Part shown: piece by piece, positions 28,809 through 38,983 of the stretch
How positions within the stretch are numbered: position 1 is the first letter of the stretch
How the letters are laid out: each line of letters begins with the position of its first letter
The notes under the pieces: generated by a model
Seen by the model: only the letters and a program-made list of their open reading frames with translations
Database searches by the model: none
Told to the model about the DNA's origin: nothing
IMG/VR virus record: IMGVR_UViG_3300027804_000057
Span: 21,934-85,933 of that record
Length of the DNA: 64,000 nucleotides
Reading direction: 5' to 3' (one strand)
Source of the DNA: a virus
Lineage: Duplodnaviria; Caudoviricetes
Position numbers and translations under genes: made by a program

Positions 28809-30467
28809 ATGATTAAACTTTTTGGTTTTACTTTTGGTGACAAAGAAGTCGTTCAGGTTCAAAACCCGAACGAATCTTCTTTTGCTCTACCGACAAATGC
28901 AATAGATGATGGTGCAGTTACTATTACAGGTAACGCACACTATGGTACGTATGTTGATTTAGAGGGTTCAATTCGTAATGAGTTGGAACTAATCACACGT
29001 TACCGTGAAATGTCGAATCACCCTGAGCTTGAAATGGCTATTGACGAAATTGTCAATGAAGCTATTACTCGTTCCGAAGAGGGCAAGATTCTTGATATCG
29101 TTATGGATAATCTGAAACAACCAGAATCGATTAAGAAAAAAATACGTGAAGAATTCAACAACGTTATGCGTATGTTGAACTTTGCAAACCTTGCCGATGA
29201 TTTATTCAAACGATGGTATATTGATGGTAGAATTTACTATCACATTATCGTTAACGAAAAGAATCCTAAAGAAGGCATTAAAGAATTACGTTACATCGAC
29301 CCACGTAAAATTCGTAAGGTTCGAGAAGTACAAAAAGACCGTGATCCAAAAACTGGTGCATCGGTTATTAAATCTATTGCTGAGTACTATGTCTATAATG
29401 ACCGTGGTACCACAACACAAACATATACTGCCCAAGTTAATCAGGGATTGAGAATTTCTTCTGATGCAGTTATCAATATCAATTCTGGTTTGATGGATGC
29501 AAAGAATACATTTGTTATTTCTTATATTCACAAAGCAATCAAGCCACTTAATCAGTTGCGTATGATTGAAGATGCGGTAGTTATCTATCGTTTGTCTAGA
29601 GCACCAGAACGCCGCATTTTCTATATTGACGTTGGTAACTTACCAAAAGGTAAGGCTGAACAATATTTACGTGACGTTATGGTTAAGTATCGTAACAAGA
29701 TGGTTTATGATGCTACGACTGGTGAACTGCGTGATGACCGCAAACACATGTCGATGTTAGAAGACTTTTGGTTACCTCGCCGTGAAGGTGGTAAAGGCAC
29801 AGAGATTACAACGTTGCCAGCTGGTCAAAACCTTGGTGAGTTAGAAGACGTTAAGTATTTCAGAAACAAACTGTTGAATGCATTGAACGTTCCAATTGCA
29901 CGTTTAGAACCACAACAATCTGGTGGTATGATTGGCATTGGTAGAAGCACTGAAGTAACACGTGATGAAGCCAAGTTTGCAAAGTTTGTACAGAGACTAC
30001 GTAATAAATTCACACACATCTTTGATGAAGCATTGAGTGTACAGTTGACACTTAAAGGTATTTGTACCCGTGAAGAATGGGAAGAATTCAAAGAAGACAT
30101 TTACTACGACTTCCAAAAAGATAATAACTTTGTTGAGTTGCGTGATGCTGAATTGTTACGTGAAAGAATTAATTTGTTAACTCAAGTTGACCCATTTGTT
30201 GGCCGTTATTATTCTGCTGATTGGGTTAAACGTCATATCTTGCAATTGACTAAAGAACAAATTGAAGAGATGAATAAAGAGATTAAAAAAGAAGATGACG
30301 ATGGTACTGGAGGTTCAGTGTTACAACAAGGTGGAGAACCACCCGTATCACCAGATGAATACCCACCAGTTGACAATACTGCTGATACAGCTGCAACAGA
30401 ATCTATGACACCAATGTTGGATGCCGAGTTAGATAAATACTCATCAAGTATGATAAATAAGAAATAA
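28809..30467 (+). CDS. gp20: Portal protein gp20
   Basis: KLFGF; RWYIDGRIYYH; NQLRMIEDAVVIYRLSRAPERRIFYIDVGNLPK; EDFWLPRREGGKGTEITTLP. Confidence 0.97.
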   Translation: MIKLFGFTFGDKEVVQVQNPNESSFALPTNAIDDGAVTITGNAHYGTYVDLEGSIRNELELITRYREMSNHPELEMAIDEIVNEAITRSEEGKILDIVMDNLKQPESIKKKIREEFNNVMRMLNFANLADDLFKRWYIDGRIYYHIIVNEKNPKEGIKELRYIDPRKIRKVREVQKDRDPKTGASVIKSIAEYYVYNDRGTTTQTYTAQVNQGLRISSDAVININSGLMDAKNTFVISYIHKAIKPLNQLRMIEDAVVIYRLSRAPERRIFYIDVGNLPKGKAEQYLRDVMVKYRNKMVYDATTGELRDDRKHMSMLEDFWLPRREGGKGTEITTLPAGQNLGELEDVKYFRNKLLNALNVPIARLEPQQSGGMIGIGRSTEVTRDEAKFAKFVQRLRNKFTHIFDEALSVQLTLKGICTREEWEEFKEDIYYDFQKDNNFVELRDAELLRERINLLTQVDPFVGRYYSADWVKRHILQLTKEQIEEMNKEIKKEDDDGTGGSVLQQGGEPPVSPDEYPPVDNTADTAATESMTPMLDAELDKYSSSMINKK

Positions 30468-30479
30468 TGGAGAATAATT

Positions 30480-30662
30480 ATGGATATTAAAAACTTTATT
30501 AATGCTTCAATTGAAGGTAATGCAGTCGAAGCACAACAAGCATTGAACGATGTAATCTCAGCACGTGCCATGGAAGCCTTGGCATCCCGTAAAACTGAGA
30601 TCGCACAAAATTTGTATAACGGCAGAGAAGCAGAATCAACCGAAGAACAACAAGAAGTATGA
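30480..30662 (+). CDS. gp67: Prohead core protein gp67-like
   Basis: 60 aa after portal; I.....A..A......AR....L...K.EIA.N and acidic tail as in T4 gp67. Confidence 0.7.
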   Translation: MDIKNFINASIEGNAVEAQQALNDVISARAMEALASRKTEIAQNLYNGREAESTEEQQEV

Positions 30663-31495
30663 AATCGTTACAAGAATTAAGAAACATTGTTGAGGAAGAG
30701 AAGAAGGACTATTCAAAGTTCGATGCTCTTGTGCGTGCTGGTTTAGGTAACAAAGCACAGATTCAACGTTTGCATAATATTCTTGACAAGATGGGTGAAG
30801 AAAAGCCTAACTTTAATAACGCAGATAAAGAAATCATACGTAATATTTTTAACAAGATGGTTGATTTGATTACCAGTAATCCAAACATCAATCGTCAAGC
30901 TCGCCGTGCGGTATCAGAAGAACTTGAAGAAAGTTTAATTGATAGTTCCGATTATAAGATTGGACCATCTGGCAAGAAAATTAAAGCGCATCGTATCGAA
31001 ATTAAATCGGGTACTGAAAAGGCAAAAGACCAAGTGGTTGAAGCAGTTGAAGACAATGTAATTCCACCATCGGATCCTCCATTTGTTTTATTGTTGAAAC
31101 GTAGAGCAGTCAGATTGTTTCCTGATGGTACTAAGGTTGCCTTGTATTACAACGACAAACTTAAAAAAGTATTCTCAGTACCATTCAACTCACAATACAT
31201 GGGTTACAACTCAATGGCACCAGTCATTCAGGCCGAAGGCATGGACGAACAAGGAGAGGTGTTGGAAGAGGCTGTCATGGATACTCTACATAAGATTGTA
31301 TCCAACAAGTCGGCACAAAAAGTTAAGTTTGCTTCTGGTGAAACGAGAACAGTTGACCATTTCACAGCATCAGCACTCACACAAGTTCATGGTGCTTTGA
31401 ATGATAATAATAAGAAGAAGTTTGCAGATATGGTGCATAAGTCACCTGGTCATTTTACAAAGGCTGCAGATTTTGCTTTCAGTAAATCAAAATGA
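30659..31495 (+). CDS. Hypothetical head-module protein with repeated (L/I)xE-type motifs
   Basis: 278 aa between gp67 and gp68; ATGA overlaps at both ends; LEE motifs may be prohead-protease sites. Confidence 0.7.
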   Translation: MKSLQELRNIVEEEKKDYSKFDALVRAGLGNKAQIQRLHNILDKMGEEKPNFNNADKEIIRNIFNKMVDLITSNPNINRQARRAVSEELEESLIDSSDYKIGPSGKKIKAHRIEIKSGTEKAKDQVVEAVEDNVIPPSDPPFVLLLKRRAVRLFPDGTKVALYYNDKLKKVFSVPFNSQYMGYNSMAPVIQAEGMDEQGEVLEEAVMDTLHKIVSNKSAQKVKFASGETRTVDHFTASALTQVHGALNDNNKKKFADMVHKSPGHFTKAADFAFSKSK

Positions 31496-31923
31496 CATTT
31501 ATTGAAAGTATATTAAATAACAAACTAACCGAGGCAAAAGATAAATTATTTGCACGGTTAAATGAGGTTGCTTCTGAGAAATTAACAGAAGCAAAAGGTC
31601 ATATTGCTCATATCGTATATGAAGAAGTGGAAGACTTGGATGAAGGCAACATTGTTAAAACTGGTAGAGTACAGAGAATCAAAAGACGTATCAGAAGAAA
31701 CAAACAAGGCCGAATCATTCTTCAACGCAATGTACGTAGGTCAGCAATTAAAGGATATAGACTTTCTGGAAATACGGTAAAAAGAATACCTGCTGCACAA
31801 AGATTGCACAAAGCCAGAATGTTAAAAAGATATTGGAAAACTAAAGGCCGTTCAAAGATGAATAGAGTTTTATTAAAAAGAAAAATGTCTATGCGCCGCC
31901 GCAAATCAATGGGAATAAAATAA
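31492..31923 (+). CDS. gp68: Prohead core protein gp68-like (very basic C-terminal half)
   Basis: K/R-rich C-terminus ending KRKMSMRRRKSMGIK resembles T4 gp68; position. Confidence 0.7.
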   Translation: MTFIESILNNKLTEAKDKLFARLNEVASEKLTEAKGHIAHIVYEEVEDLDEGNIVKTGRVQRIKRRIRRNKQGRIILQRNVRRSAIKGYRLSGNTVKRIPAAQRLHKARMLKRYWKTKGRSKMNRVLLKRKMSMRRRKSMGIK

Positions 31924-31924
31924 T

Positions 31925-32290
31925 ATGGCATACGAAATTATTAACACAAAAAGATCCCGCTCGATTATCAGAATTACTGGTAATACGGCAACAACTATTC
32001 CGTTGACTTCACTTGCAACAGATGCCAATGAAGTTATCACAGCTGCATCGATTGCACACATTATTACCTCTTCTGATGGATGGATTCGCATCTATCGTGG
32101 TGATAATACATCTGCACCATTGGTTGTTGCAATGTATCAGTCAAATGACTTACCATTGACACAGTATGATATCTCTTTGGCAAATACACCTTCTGCCAAT
32201 TTACATATCACCAACAGTGGTACTGATGGTACTGTGATTCTATCAGTTACTAAATCTGCAACTTATGCAACACCATTAGTAGGTATCTAA
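31925..32290 (+). CDS. Hypothetical beta-rich head-module protein
   Basis: 121 aa tightly packed between gp68 and gp21. Confidence 0.65.
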   Translation: MAYEIINTKRSRSIIRITGNTATTIPLTSLATDANEVITAASIAHIITSSDGWIRIYRGDNTSAPLVVAMYQSNDLPLTQYDISLANTPSANLHITNSGTDGTVILSVTKSATYATPLVGI

Positions 32291-32291
32291 A

Positions 32292-32942
32292 ATGAAACTA
32301 ATTACAGAAAGAATTGAGAGCGTAAAGTATCTCACTGAAGCAACAGAAAAAGGTAAAAAGAACCTTTATATTGAAGGTACTTTCCTTGTTGCTGAAAAAG
32401 TTAATCGTAATAACCGCATGTACAAGATGGATACATTGCGTAAAGAAGTTAAACGTTATAACGAAGAATTTGTTAAAACAAACCGTGCATTGGGAGAACT
32501 TGGTCATCCAGACACACCGACTCTCAACTTGGAACGAGTATCACATAAGATTGTATCTTTGACTGAAGATGGCAATTCATTTTATGGTAAGGCATTGATC
32601 CTAGATACTCCATACGGAAATATTGTTAAGAATTTTATTGAGAATGATGTTAACTTGGGTGTATCTTCTAGAGCTATGGGTTCTGTAACCATGACTAGAG
32701 AAGGTTACAACTTGGTACAAGACGATTTGCGTTTGGCTACGGCTGCCGATATCGTTGCGGATCCATCAGCTCCAGGTGCATTTGTTAACGGAATTATGGA
32801 GGGTAAAGAATGGCTATTCGTTGAGGGACGATTCGTGGAAGTAGACATAGATAATGCTAAGAGAGCCATACGAAATGCTCCACAAAAACAATTAGAAGCA
32901 GTTGCATTGCAGCTGTTTGAAAATTTCATCAGAAAACTTTAA
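32292..32942 (+). CDS. gp21: Prohead protease gp21
   Basis: MKLITE; NRN.R.Y; RALGELGHP; LGVSSRAMGS; DIVADPSAP.AFV.GIME. Confidence 0.96.
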   Translation: MKLITERIESVKYLTEATEKGKKNLYIEGTFLVAEKVNRNNRMYKMDTLRKEVKRYNEEFVKTNRALGELGHPDTPTLNLERVSHKIVSLTEDGNSFYGKALILDTPYGNIVKNFIENDVNLGVSSRAMGSVTMTREGYNLVQDDLRLATAADIVADPSAPGAFVNGIMEGKEWLFVEGRFVEVDIDNAKRAIRNAPQKQLEAVALQLFENFIRKL

Positions 32943-32945
32943 TTT

Positions 32946-32953
32946 TATAAATA
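32946..32953 (+). promoter_or_regulatory. T4-type late promoter, representative of about 15 sites
   Basis: TATAAATA before gp22; variants NATAAATA or NCTAAATA at 526, 14748, 15025, 17892, 20830, 26053, 27783, 30452, 35422, 38948, 50420, 53780, 55094. Confidence 0.8.
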
Positions 32954-32975
32954 AGATATCATAAGGAGAATCCTA

Positions 32976-34001
32976 ATGCCTAAAAACAAACTAATGGAAG
33001 CAGCAGCTGAAATTCTTTCCTCTGGAAAGAGTAAAGCGTCAGCAATGCCACCACAAAAATTACCTGGTGAGGAGGTCGACCTAGGCGGACCAACACCCCA
33101 GAATGCGAAGCCAGATGATGACTCGCACAAGATCGATGCTACTAAGGCAGCTAAGAGCGCAACCGCTCCGACAACAAAGCCTTCTGCAGCTTCTGCTGAC
33201 ACTCAACTAAAAATGAGAGAAGAAGAAGAAATCGAAGGTACTGTTGTGTCTGAGTACCGAGTTAATGCTAAAGACGACATTGATGCTTTGTTTGCCGATG
33301 ACCAAAACATCTCTGAAGAATTCAAATCTAAAGTTACTACGATTTTTGAAGCACGTGTTATTGACCGCATTCAACAAATCGAAGAACAAACTGAAGCTAA
33401 GTATGCCGGTATGCTTGAAGAAGCTATCGAGTCTGTACGCACTCAGTTAGAAGAAAAAGTAGACGACTATGTTAACTACGTAGTTGAACAATGGCTAGAA
33501 GAAAACGCAATCGCTATCGAATCCGGTTTGCGTGCTGAATTGGCCGAAGACTTTATTTCTGGTCTACACAAATTGTTTGCTGAGAACTACATCAATGTAC
33601 CTGAAGACAAGGTAGAATTGGTTGATGAGTTGGCAACTAAAGTGGAACAGTTAGAGTCCAAATTAAATGAAGAAATTGAAAAGAGCATCGGTTACAAGAA
33701 GTCTTTAATCGAAGCCACAAAACAAGAAGTTACCCGTTCTGTTTGCGAAGGCCTAACAGAAACTCAAGTTGAAAAAATCAAATCGCTTGCAGAGAGCGTT
33801 GAATTCTCCACAGAGGAAGAATACCAAAACAAACTTGAGACAATCCGTGAAAACTACTTCCCATCTGGTGTTAAAAAGGCAGACGAAGAGCAACTACACG
33901 AACAGGTATCTGCAGAAGACGCAGGCGAAACTAAGAAACAAGTAAGTGCCGACCCATATGTGTCATCTGTTGCTAACGCTATTTCTAAAACCAAACTATA
34001 A
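32976..34001 (+). CDS. gp22: Prohead scaffold protein gp22
   Basis: SEEFK.K..TIFEA; VD.Y.NYVVE.W.EEN..AIE.GLR; L.TIRENYF. Confidence 0.93.
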   Translation: MPKNKLMEAAAEILSSGKSKASAMPPQKLPGEEVDLGGPTPQNAKPDDDSHKIDATKAAKSATAPTTKPSAASADTQLKMREEEEIEGTVVSEYRVNAKDDIDALFADDQNISEEFKSKVTTIFEARVIDRIQQIEEQTEAKYAGMLEEAIESVRTQLEEKVDDYVNYVVEQWLEENAIAIESGLRAELAEDFISGLHKLFAENYINVPEDKVELVDELATKVEQLESKLNEEIEKSIGYKKSLIEATKQEVTRSVCEGLTETQVEKIKSLAESVEFSTEEEYQNKLETIRENYFPSGVKKADEEQLHEQVSAEDAGETKKQVSADPYVSSVANAISKTKL

Positions 34002-34021
34002 ATTAATCAAGGAGATTAAAT

Positions 34022-35359
34022 ATGTTACTTTCTGAACAACTTCAGACCAAATGGGCAACGGTCATTGACCACCCAGAACTACCAAAAATTACTGACCCAT
34101 ACCGCAAGGCTGTGACTGCTGTTATTCTTGAGAATCAAGCTCAAGAAATGCAGAAGCAATCTGGTATGATGATGGAAACTGCACCAACCAATTCTTTGGG
34201 TGGCACAGGTTATTCCGGTGGTTCTACTGCAACAGGCCCTGTTGCCGGTTTCGATCCAATCCTAATCAGCTTGGTTCGCCGTTCTTTGCCTAACCTTATC
34301 GCTTATGATATCGCTGGCGTTCAACCAATGACAGGCCCAACAGGATTGATCTTTGCAATGCGTTCTACTTACGGTACTAACCGTGATGTGAATGGCGGTG
34401 CTGTCGAAGCTTTCTACAATGAAGCCAACACTGGTTTCTCTGGTGATAAAGCTACACAAACAGCTATTTCTATGGCTGCTAATACTGCTTTGGGTAACCA
34501 AAACGTTTTTGCTTCTACAGTTACAACTGGCGGTGCAATGGCAACTTCTGTTGCTGAAGATTTGACATTCAATGAAATGGGCTTCTCAATTGAGAAAGTT
34601 TCTGTTACTGCAAAGTCACGTGCTTTGAAGGCAGAGTACTCAATGGAATTGGCACAAGACTTGAAGGCAGTTCATGGTCTAGACGCAGAAACAGAATTGG
34701 CAAACATCTTGTCAACTGAAATTCTTGCTGAAATTAACCGTGAAGTTATCCGTACAATTTACTCTGTTGCTAAAGTTGGTGCTCAAGTTGGTACTACTAC
34801 TGCAGGTACATTTGACTTGGATACAGACTCCAACGGTCGCTGGATGGTTGAAAAGATTAAAGGTTTGGCATTCCAATTGGAACGTGAAGCTAATACAATC
34901 GCTAAGACAACCCGTCGTGGTAAAGGTAACGTGATGATCTGTTCATCTGACGTTGCTTCTGCTTTGGCAATGGCTGGTCTTTTGGACTACCAATCTGCTT
35001 TGAACAGCCAAGTTAACTTGACAGTTGACGATACTGGCAATACATTTGCTGGTACATTGTTCGGTCGTATCAAAGTGTACATCGATCCATATTTCGCTGC
35101 TAACTCCACATCCGAGTTTGCCGTTATGGGTTATAAGGGTTCTAACGCATATGACGCAGGTATTTTCTACTGCCCATACGTTCCTCTACAAATGGTTCGT
35201 GCAGTTGATACAAACAACTTCCAACCAAAGATTGGCTTCAAGACACGTTATGGTCTAGTTGCTAACCCATTTGCAGAAGGTGCTACACAAGGCGTTGGCG
35301 CATTGACCGCTAGAGCTAACTTGTACTATCGTGCATTCAAGATTTCTAACTTGATGTAA
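34022..35359 (+). CDS. gp23: Major capsid protein gp23
   Basis: LVRRSLPNLIAYDIAGVQPMTGPTGLIFAMR; KSRALKAEYS.ELAQDLKAVHGLDAE.EL; FQPKIGFKTRYG. Confidence 0.98.
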   Translation: MLLSEQLQTKWATVIDHPELPKITDPYRKAVTAVILENQAQEMQKQSGMMMETAPTNSLGGTGYSGGSTATGPVAGFDPILISLVRRSLPNLIAYDIAGVQPMTGPTGLIFAMRSTYGTNRDVNGGAVEAFYNEANTGFSGDKATQTAISMAANTALGNQNVFASTVTTGGAMATSVAEDLTFNEMGFSIEKVSVTAKSRALKAEYSMELAQDLKAVHGLDAETELANILSTEILAEINREVIRTIYSVAKVGAQVGTTTAGTFDLDTDSNGRWMVEKIKGLAFQLEREANTIAKTTRRGKGNVMICSSDVASALAMAGLLDYQSALNSQVNLTVDDTGNTFAGTLFGRIKVYIDPYFAANSTSEFAVMGYKGSNAYDAGIFYCPYVPLQMVRAVDTNNFQPKIGFKTRYGLVANPFAEGATQGVGALTARANLYYRAFKISNLM

Positions 35360-35386
35360 TAGAAACCCCGTTAAGAGGGTTACTTA

Positions 35387-35419
35387 AAAGAGAGGGTCGA
35401 AAGACCTTCTCTTTTTTTT
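35387..35419 (+). terminator. Intrinsic terminator after gp23
   Basis: GAGAGGGTC-GAAA-GACCTTCTC then T8. Confidence 0.9.
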
Positions 35420-35434
35420 CGCCTAAATATACGT

Positions 35435-35971
35435 ATGACAGCACTAACAAGAAACCCATCAAATCCAAATTTAATTCATCCAAATAAATTTGAGTTAAAT
35501 TTTGGTCGACTACCAAACATGCAGTACTTTTGCCAAACGGTAACAGTACCTGGAGTTTCATTGTCGGAAATACCAAAGCCAACACCTTTTGTTGACATGT
35601 ACATTCCAGGTGAGAAAGCCATCTATGACTTGTTAAACGTAACCTTTATGGTTGACGAAGAACTACAGGCATGGAAAGAAGTACACGATTGGATTCGTGC
35701 CATGACATTCCCTAAAGATTACTCTGAGTATCAAAACTTGGCAAACTTGAATCGATATTCAACTTTAGGTAAAACTACAGGTCCCCAATATTCTGATGCA
35801 ACAATTACCATATTGTCATCATCAAATATTCCATTGTACCGATTTAAATTCTACGAAGTATTCCCAACAAGCATATCTTCATTCGCCATGTCATCTACCG
35901 ACACGCCAGAGAATATCATTACTGCCGATGCCACATTCAGATTTACCTATTACGATATTGACAAACTGTAA
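35435..35971 (+). CDS. gp3: Tail completion/tube terminator protein gp3
   Basis: N.L.PNKFEL...RLPN..YFCQ...VPG.SL; F.VDE.L..W.E...W; ADATFRF.YY. Confidence 0.9.
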   Translation: MTALTRNPSNPNLIHPNKFELNFGRLPNMQYFCQTVTVPGVSLSEIPKPTPFVDMYIPGEKAIYDLLNVTFMVDEELQAWKEVHDWIRAMTFPKDYSEYQNLANLNRYSTLGKTTGPQYSDATITILSSSNIPLYRFKFYEVFPTSISSFAMSSTDTPENIITADATFRFTYYDIDKL

Positions 35972-35986
35972 TTTATAATGTATACT
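35958..35986 (+). promoter_or_regulatory. Sigma70-type early promoter for uvsY
   Basis: TTGACA-N17-TATACT. Confidence 0.8.
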
Positions 35987-36003
35987 CCTAACTAGGAGGC
36001 TCT

Positions 36004-36441
36004 ATGACTAAACTTGAAGAACTGTTGGAGATGTGGCGTAAAGATGCACAGATTGACCGCACACAACCCAACGTTGAACTGATTAATATTCCACAACTAC
36101 ACTCGAAGTACTTGACTATCATGTCAAAGCACAGACTTCTTTCTAAAGAAGCTGAGTTTAAGTTTAACAAATATAAAAAAATAAAGTGGGAATATTATAC
36201 AGGCAAAATGGATGATGACGAATTAAAAAAATACGGATGGGAACCATTTCCATTTGTACTCAAATCCGACATTACTACATACTTTGATAGTGATGAAGAT
36301 TTAAACAAACTCTCTGCCAGCAAAATAATGCATGATGAAATAGTTGATGTTTGCCAAAGTATTATGAAGGAACTCAACAGTCGTACATTTCAGTTACGTG
36401 ACTATATTGCTTGGGAGAGGTTCATACAAGGCATAGGTTAA
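36004..36441 (+). CDS. uvsY: Recombination mediator UvsY
   Basis: W..D..ID; IPQLHSKY; KWEYYTGK; position before uvsW. Confidence 0.9.
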   Translation: MTKLEELLEMWRKDAQIDRTQPNVELINIPQLHSKYLTIMSKHRLLSKEAEFKFNKYKKIKWEYYTGKMDDDELKKYGWEPFPFVLKSDITTYFDSDEDLNKLSASKIMHDEIVDVCQSIMKELNSRTFQLRDYIAWERFIQGIG

Positions 36442-37904
36442 TGGCAGATTTGATATTAAAAAAACTTAATGAAGCTTACATTAGGTTTGAATGTGAAAGA
36501 AACATAGCACAAGAGTTAAGTGATTATTTCACATTCTATGTTCCAGGTTACCAGTTTACTCCTGCTTATAAGTCTCGCATATGGGACGGCAAGATTAGAT
36601 TGGCAGACCTAAGAACATTTAATATCTATCATGGTCTAGTTCCATACATTCAAAAGTTTTGTGAAGAACGTGAATACACATTAGAACTGGAAAAAGAAGT
36701 TAATATCACAACTAACTTCTCTGTACACGAAGCAAAAGAATTCATTACATCATTAAATTTGCCACTAGAGGTACGTGATTACCAACTAGATGCATTTGTA
36801 AAAGCCATTCGTAACAAACGAATGTTGTTATTATCACCAACAGCATCAGGCAAATCTCTTATATTGTATCTCATTCTTTCTAAGATACAAGAACAGAATC
36901 ACTCTAAAGGTTTATTAATTGTACCAACCACATCATTGGTTGAACAAATGTATTCTGATTTTAAGTCATATGGTTATGATGTTGATACGTATTGTCACCG
37001 ACAGTATGCAGGTAAAGATAAACACACAGATAAGTTTTTAACTATCACAACATGGCAATCTATTTACAACAGAGAGAAAGAATACTTTGAACAGTTTGAT
37101 TATGTACTAGGTGATGAGGCCCACCAGTTTAAAGCAAAGTCTCTGACAACCATACTATCTGGTTGTGTGAATGCGTCCATGCGTGTTGGATGTACTGGAA
37201 CATTAGATGGCACTCAGACACACAGATTAGTATTAGAAGGTTTGTTTGGTGCAGTTCATAAGGCAACAACAACTAAAGAATTGATTGAAAACAAACATGC
37301 TGCTGATTTTAAAATCAAATGTATTGTACTAAAATATCCAGATGTTGTATGTAAAGAATCCAGAAATTGGGATTACAATGCTGAAATGGATTACATTGTT
37401 GCTAGTAGAAAAAGAAATGATTTCATTAAGAATCTAACTCTATCGTTAGAAGGTAACACACTTGTATTATTCCAATATGTGGATAAACATGGCAAGTTTT
37501 TATATGAACACATCAAAGACAGTAACATAGATAGAACAATATCTTTTGTTTATGGTGGTACTGATGTAGAAGAACGTGAGAATGTTCGTGCCGTAACAGA
37601 AAAAGAAACTAATGCAATCATTGTTGCATCTTATGGTACATTCTCTACTGGTATTAATATTCGTAATCTACACAATGTAATATTTGCATCACCATCTAAG
37701 TCCAGGATTAGAAACTTACAATCTATTGGCCGTGTATTACGATTAGGTGATAACAAAGACCAAGCTGTGTTATATGATATCGCAGATGATTTTAGAACAG
37801 GCAAACATACCAATTATACCTTGCATCATTTCGTAGAACGTGTTAAAATATACGATGAAGAGAAATTTGAATATAAATTTTACAACGTAGATATAAAAGA
37901 ATGA
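36441..37904 (+). CDS. uvsW: SF2 helicase UvsW
   Basis: SPTASGKS; GDEAH; GCTGT; LQSIGRVLR; start placed at ATG 36441. Confidence 0.95.
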   Translation: MADLILKKLNEAYIRFECERNIAQELSDYFTFYVPGYQFTPAYKSRIWDGKIRLADLRTFNIYHGLVPYIQKFCEEREYTLELEKEVNITTNFSVHEAKEFITSLNLPLEVRDYQLDAFVKAIRNKRMLLLSPTASGKSLILYLILSKIQEQNHSKGLLIVPTTSLVEQMYSDFKSYGYDVDTYCHRQYAGKDKHTDKFLTITTWQSIYNREKEYFEQFDYVLGDEAHQFKAKSLTTILSGCVNASMRVGCTGTLDGTQTHRLVLEGLFGAVHKATTTKELIENKHAADFKIKCIVLKYPDVVCKESRNWDYNAEMDYIVASRKRNDFIKNLTLSLEGNTLVLFQYVDKHGKFLYEHIKDSNIDRTISFVYGGTDVEERENVRAVTEKETNAIIVASYGTFSTGINIRNLHNVIFASPSKSRIRNLQSIGRVLRLGDNKDQAVLYDIADDFRTGKHTNYTLHHFVERVKIYDEEKFEYKFYNVDIKE

Positions 37905-38308
37905 ACAACGAATTATCAATTAAACTCTTTAGATTGGCAACAGGCGATGACATTATCTCCGCATTTGTTGAAGACATAGAGTCCAATAGTGTTATTCTGC
38001 AACACCCTATGAAATTAGTTTTTCGTAGGATTCCAACTGGTGCAACTATATTGGCTATGATGCCATGGTTGCCTAGTGAGTTGATTAAAGTCGATGCCGC
38101 TGTCATCGACCTTGCAGAAATTGTGACTATATTGGAATTGAAAGATGATATGGTTGATTACTACCTGAATGTAGTAGAGAAATTTTTGTTATCTACTGAA
38201 AACTCGGAAGAGATTTTTAGAGAGAGATTACTTGGTGCAATGGATCATTCTGAATTGGATAACCTAGAACAAGTAATGGAAGAGAAAACTAACAGTGTAA
38301 TCCATTAA
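37901..38308 (+). CDS. Hypothetical protein (Sm-like beta N-terminus likely)
   Basis: 135 aa, L.TGDDII, PW.P motifs; sits between uvsW and gp55. Confidence 0.7.
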   Translation: MNNELSIKLFRLATGDDIISAFVEDIESNSVILQHPMKLVFRRIPTGATILAMMPWLPSELIKVDAAVIDLAEIVTILELKDDMVDYYLNVVEKFLLSTENSEEIFRERLLGAMDHSELDNLEQVMEEKTNSVIH

Positions 38309-38328
38309 CATGAAACAGCAACACCGCA

Positions 38329-38358
38329 ATTATATGATTAAACCAACCAACGTGTCAA
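38329..38358 (-). promoter_or_regulatory. Antisense sigma70-type promoter pointing away from gp55
   Basis: Reverse complement reads TTGACA-N18-TATAAT. Confidence 0.7.
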
Positions 38359-38376
38359 GCGTTAAATAAGGCAAAT

Positions 38377-38919
38377 ATGAGTACTAAACATTATGTGAAC
38401 AACGCCGACTTTCTGAAGGCTCTAATTCAATACCGTGAGGATTGTGAAACCGCAAAGAAGGATGGTAAGGAAGATCCACAGATTCCAAATTATATTGGTG
38501 AATGTTTCCTGAAAATTGCGGAACACTTGTCTAGAAAACCAAACTTTATTTCCTATTCCTTCCGTGATGAGATGATGAGTGATGGTGTTGAGAATTGCCT
38601 GATGTACTTTCGCAACTTTGATCCGGTAAAGAGTAAGAATCCATTTGCTTATTTTACTCAAATCATATATTATGCTTTTCTCAGACGAATTATGCGTGAG
38701 AAAAAACAACTGTATGTTAAGTATAAGGCAACAGAAATGTTCGGCATACTAGATGAGGGTGAATTTCTATCTGATGATGATGGAGCCAACAAACAGTTTC
38801 AGTTGTATGAAAACATTTCCGAATTCATTTACAACTTTGAAGAAAACAAAAAGAAGAAAAAAGAAAGTAAAACTAAAGGACTTGAAAAGTTCATTGAAGA
38901 GATTGATGAAGATAAATGA
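38377..38919 (+). CDS. gp55: Late-transcription sigma factor gp55
   Basis: HYVNN..F..AL; YIGECF.KIA..LS.KPNF; D.VENC..Y..NFDP.KS.NPFAYFTQI.YYAFLRRI..EKKQ. Confidence 0.96.
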   Translation: MSTKHYVNNADFLKALIQYREDCETAKKDGKEDPQIPNYIGECFLKIAEHLSRKPNFISYSFRDEMMSDGVENCLMYFRNFDPVKSKNPFAYFTQIIYYAFLRRIMREKKQLYVKYKATEMFGILDEGEFLSDDDGANKQFQLYENISEFIYNFEENKKKKKESKTKGLEKFIEEIDEDK

Positions 38920-38983
38920 AGATTTAGTGTCGTTGAAAATCGTTTTTTATAAATATTAATGATACCAATTAATAGGAGAAAAA

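Noticed and set aside
37843-38106. Minus-strand ORF as target of the antisense promoter
   Set aside because: About 215 bp from the predicted TSS, no SD, antisense to a plausible gene
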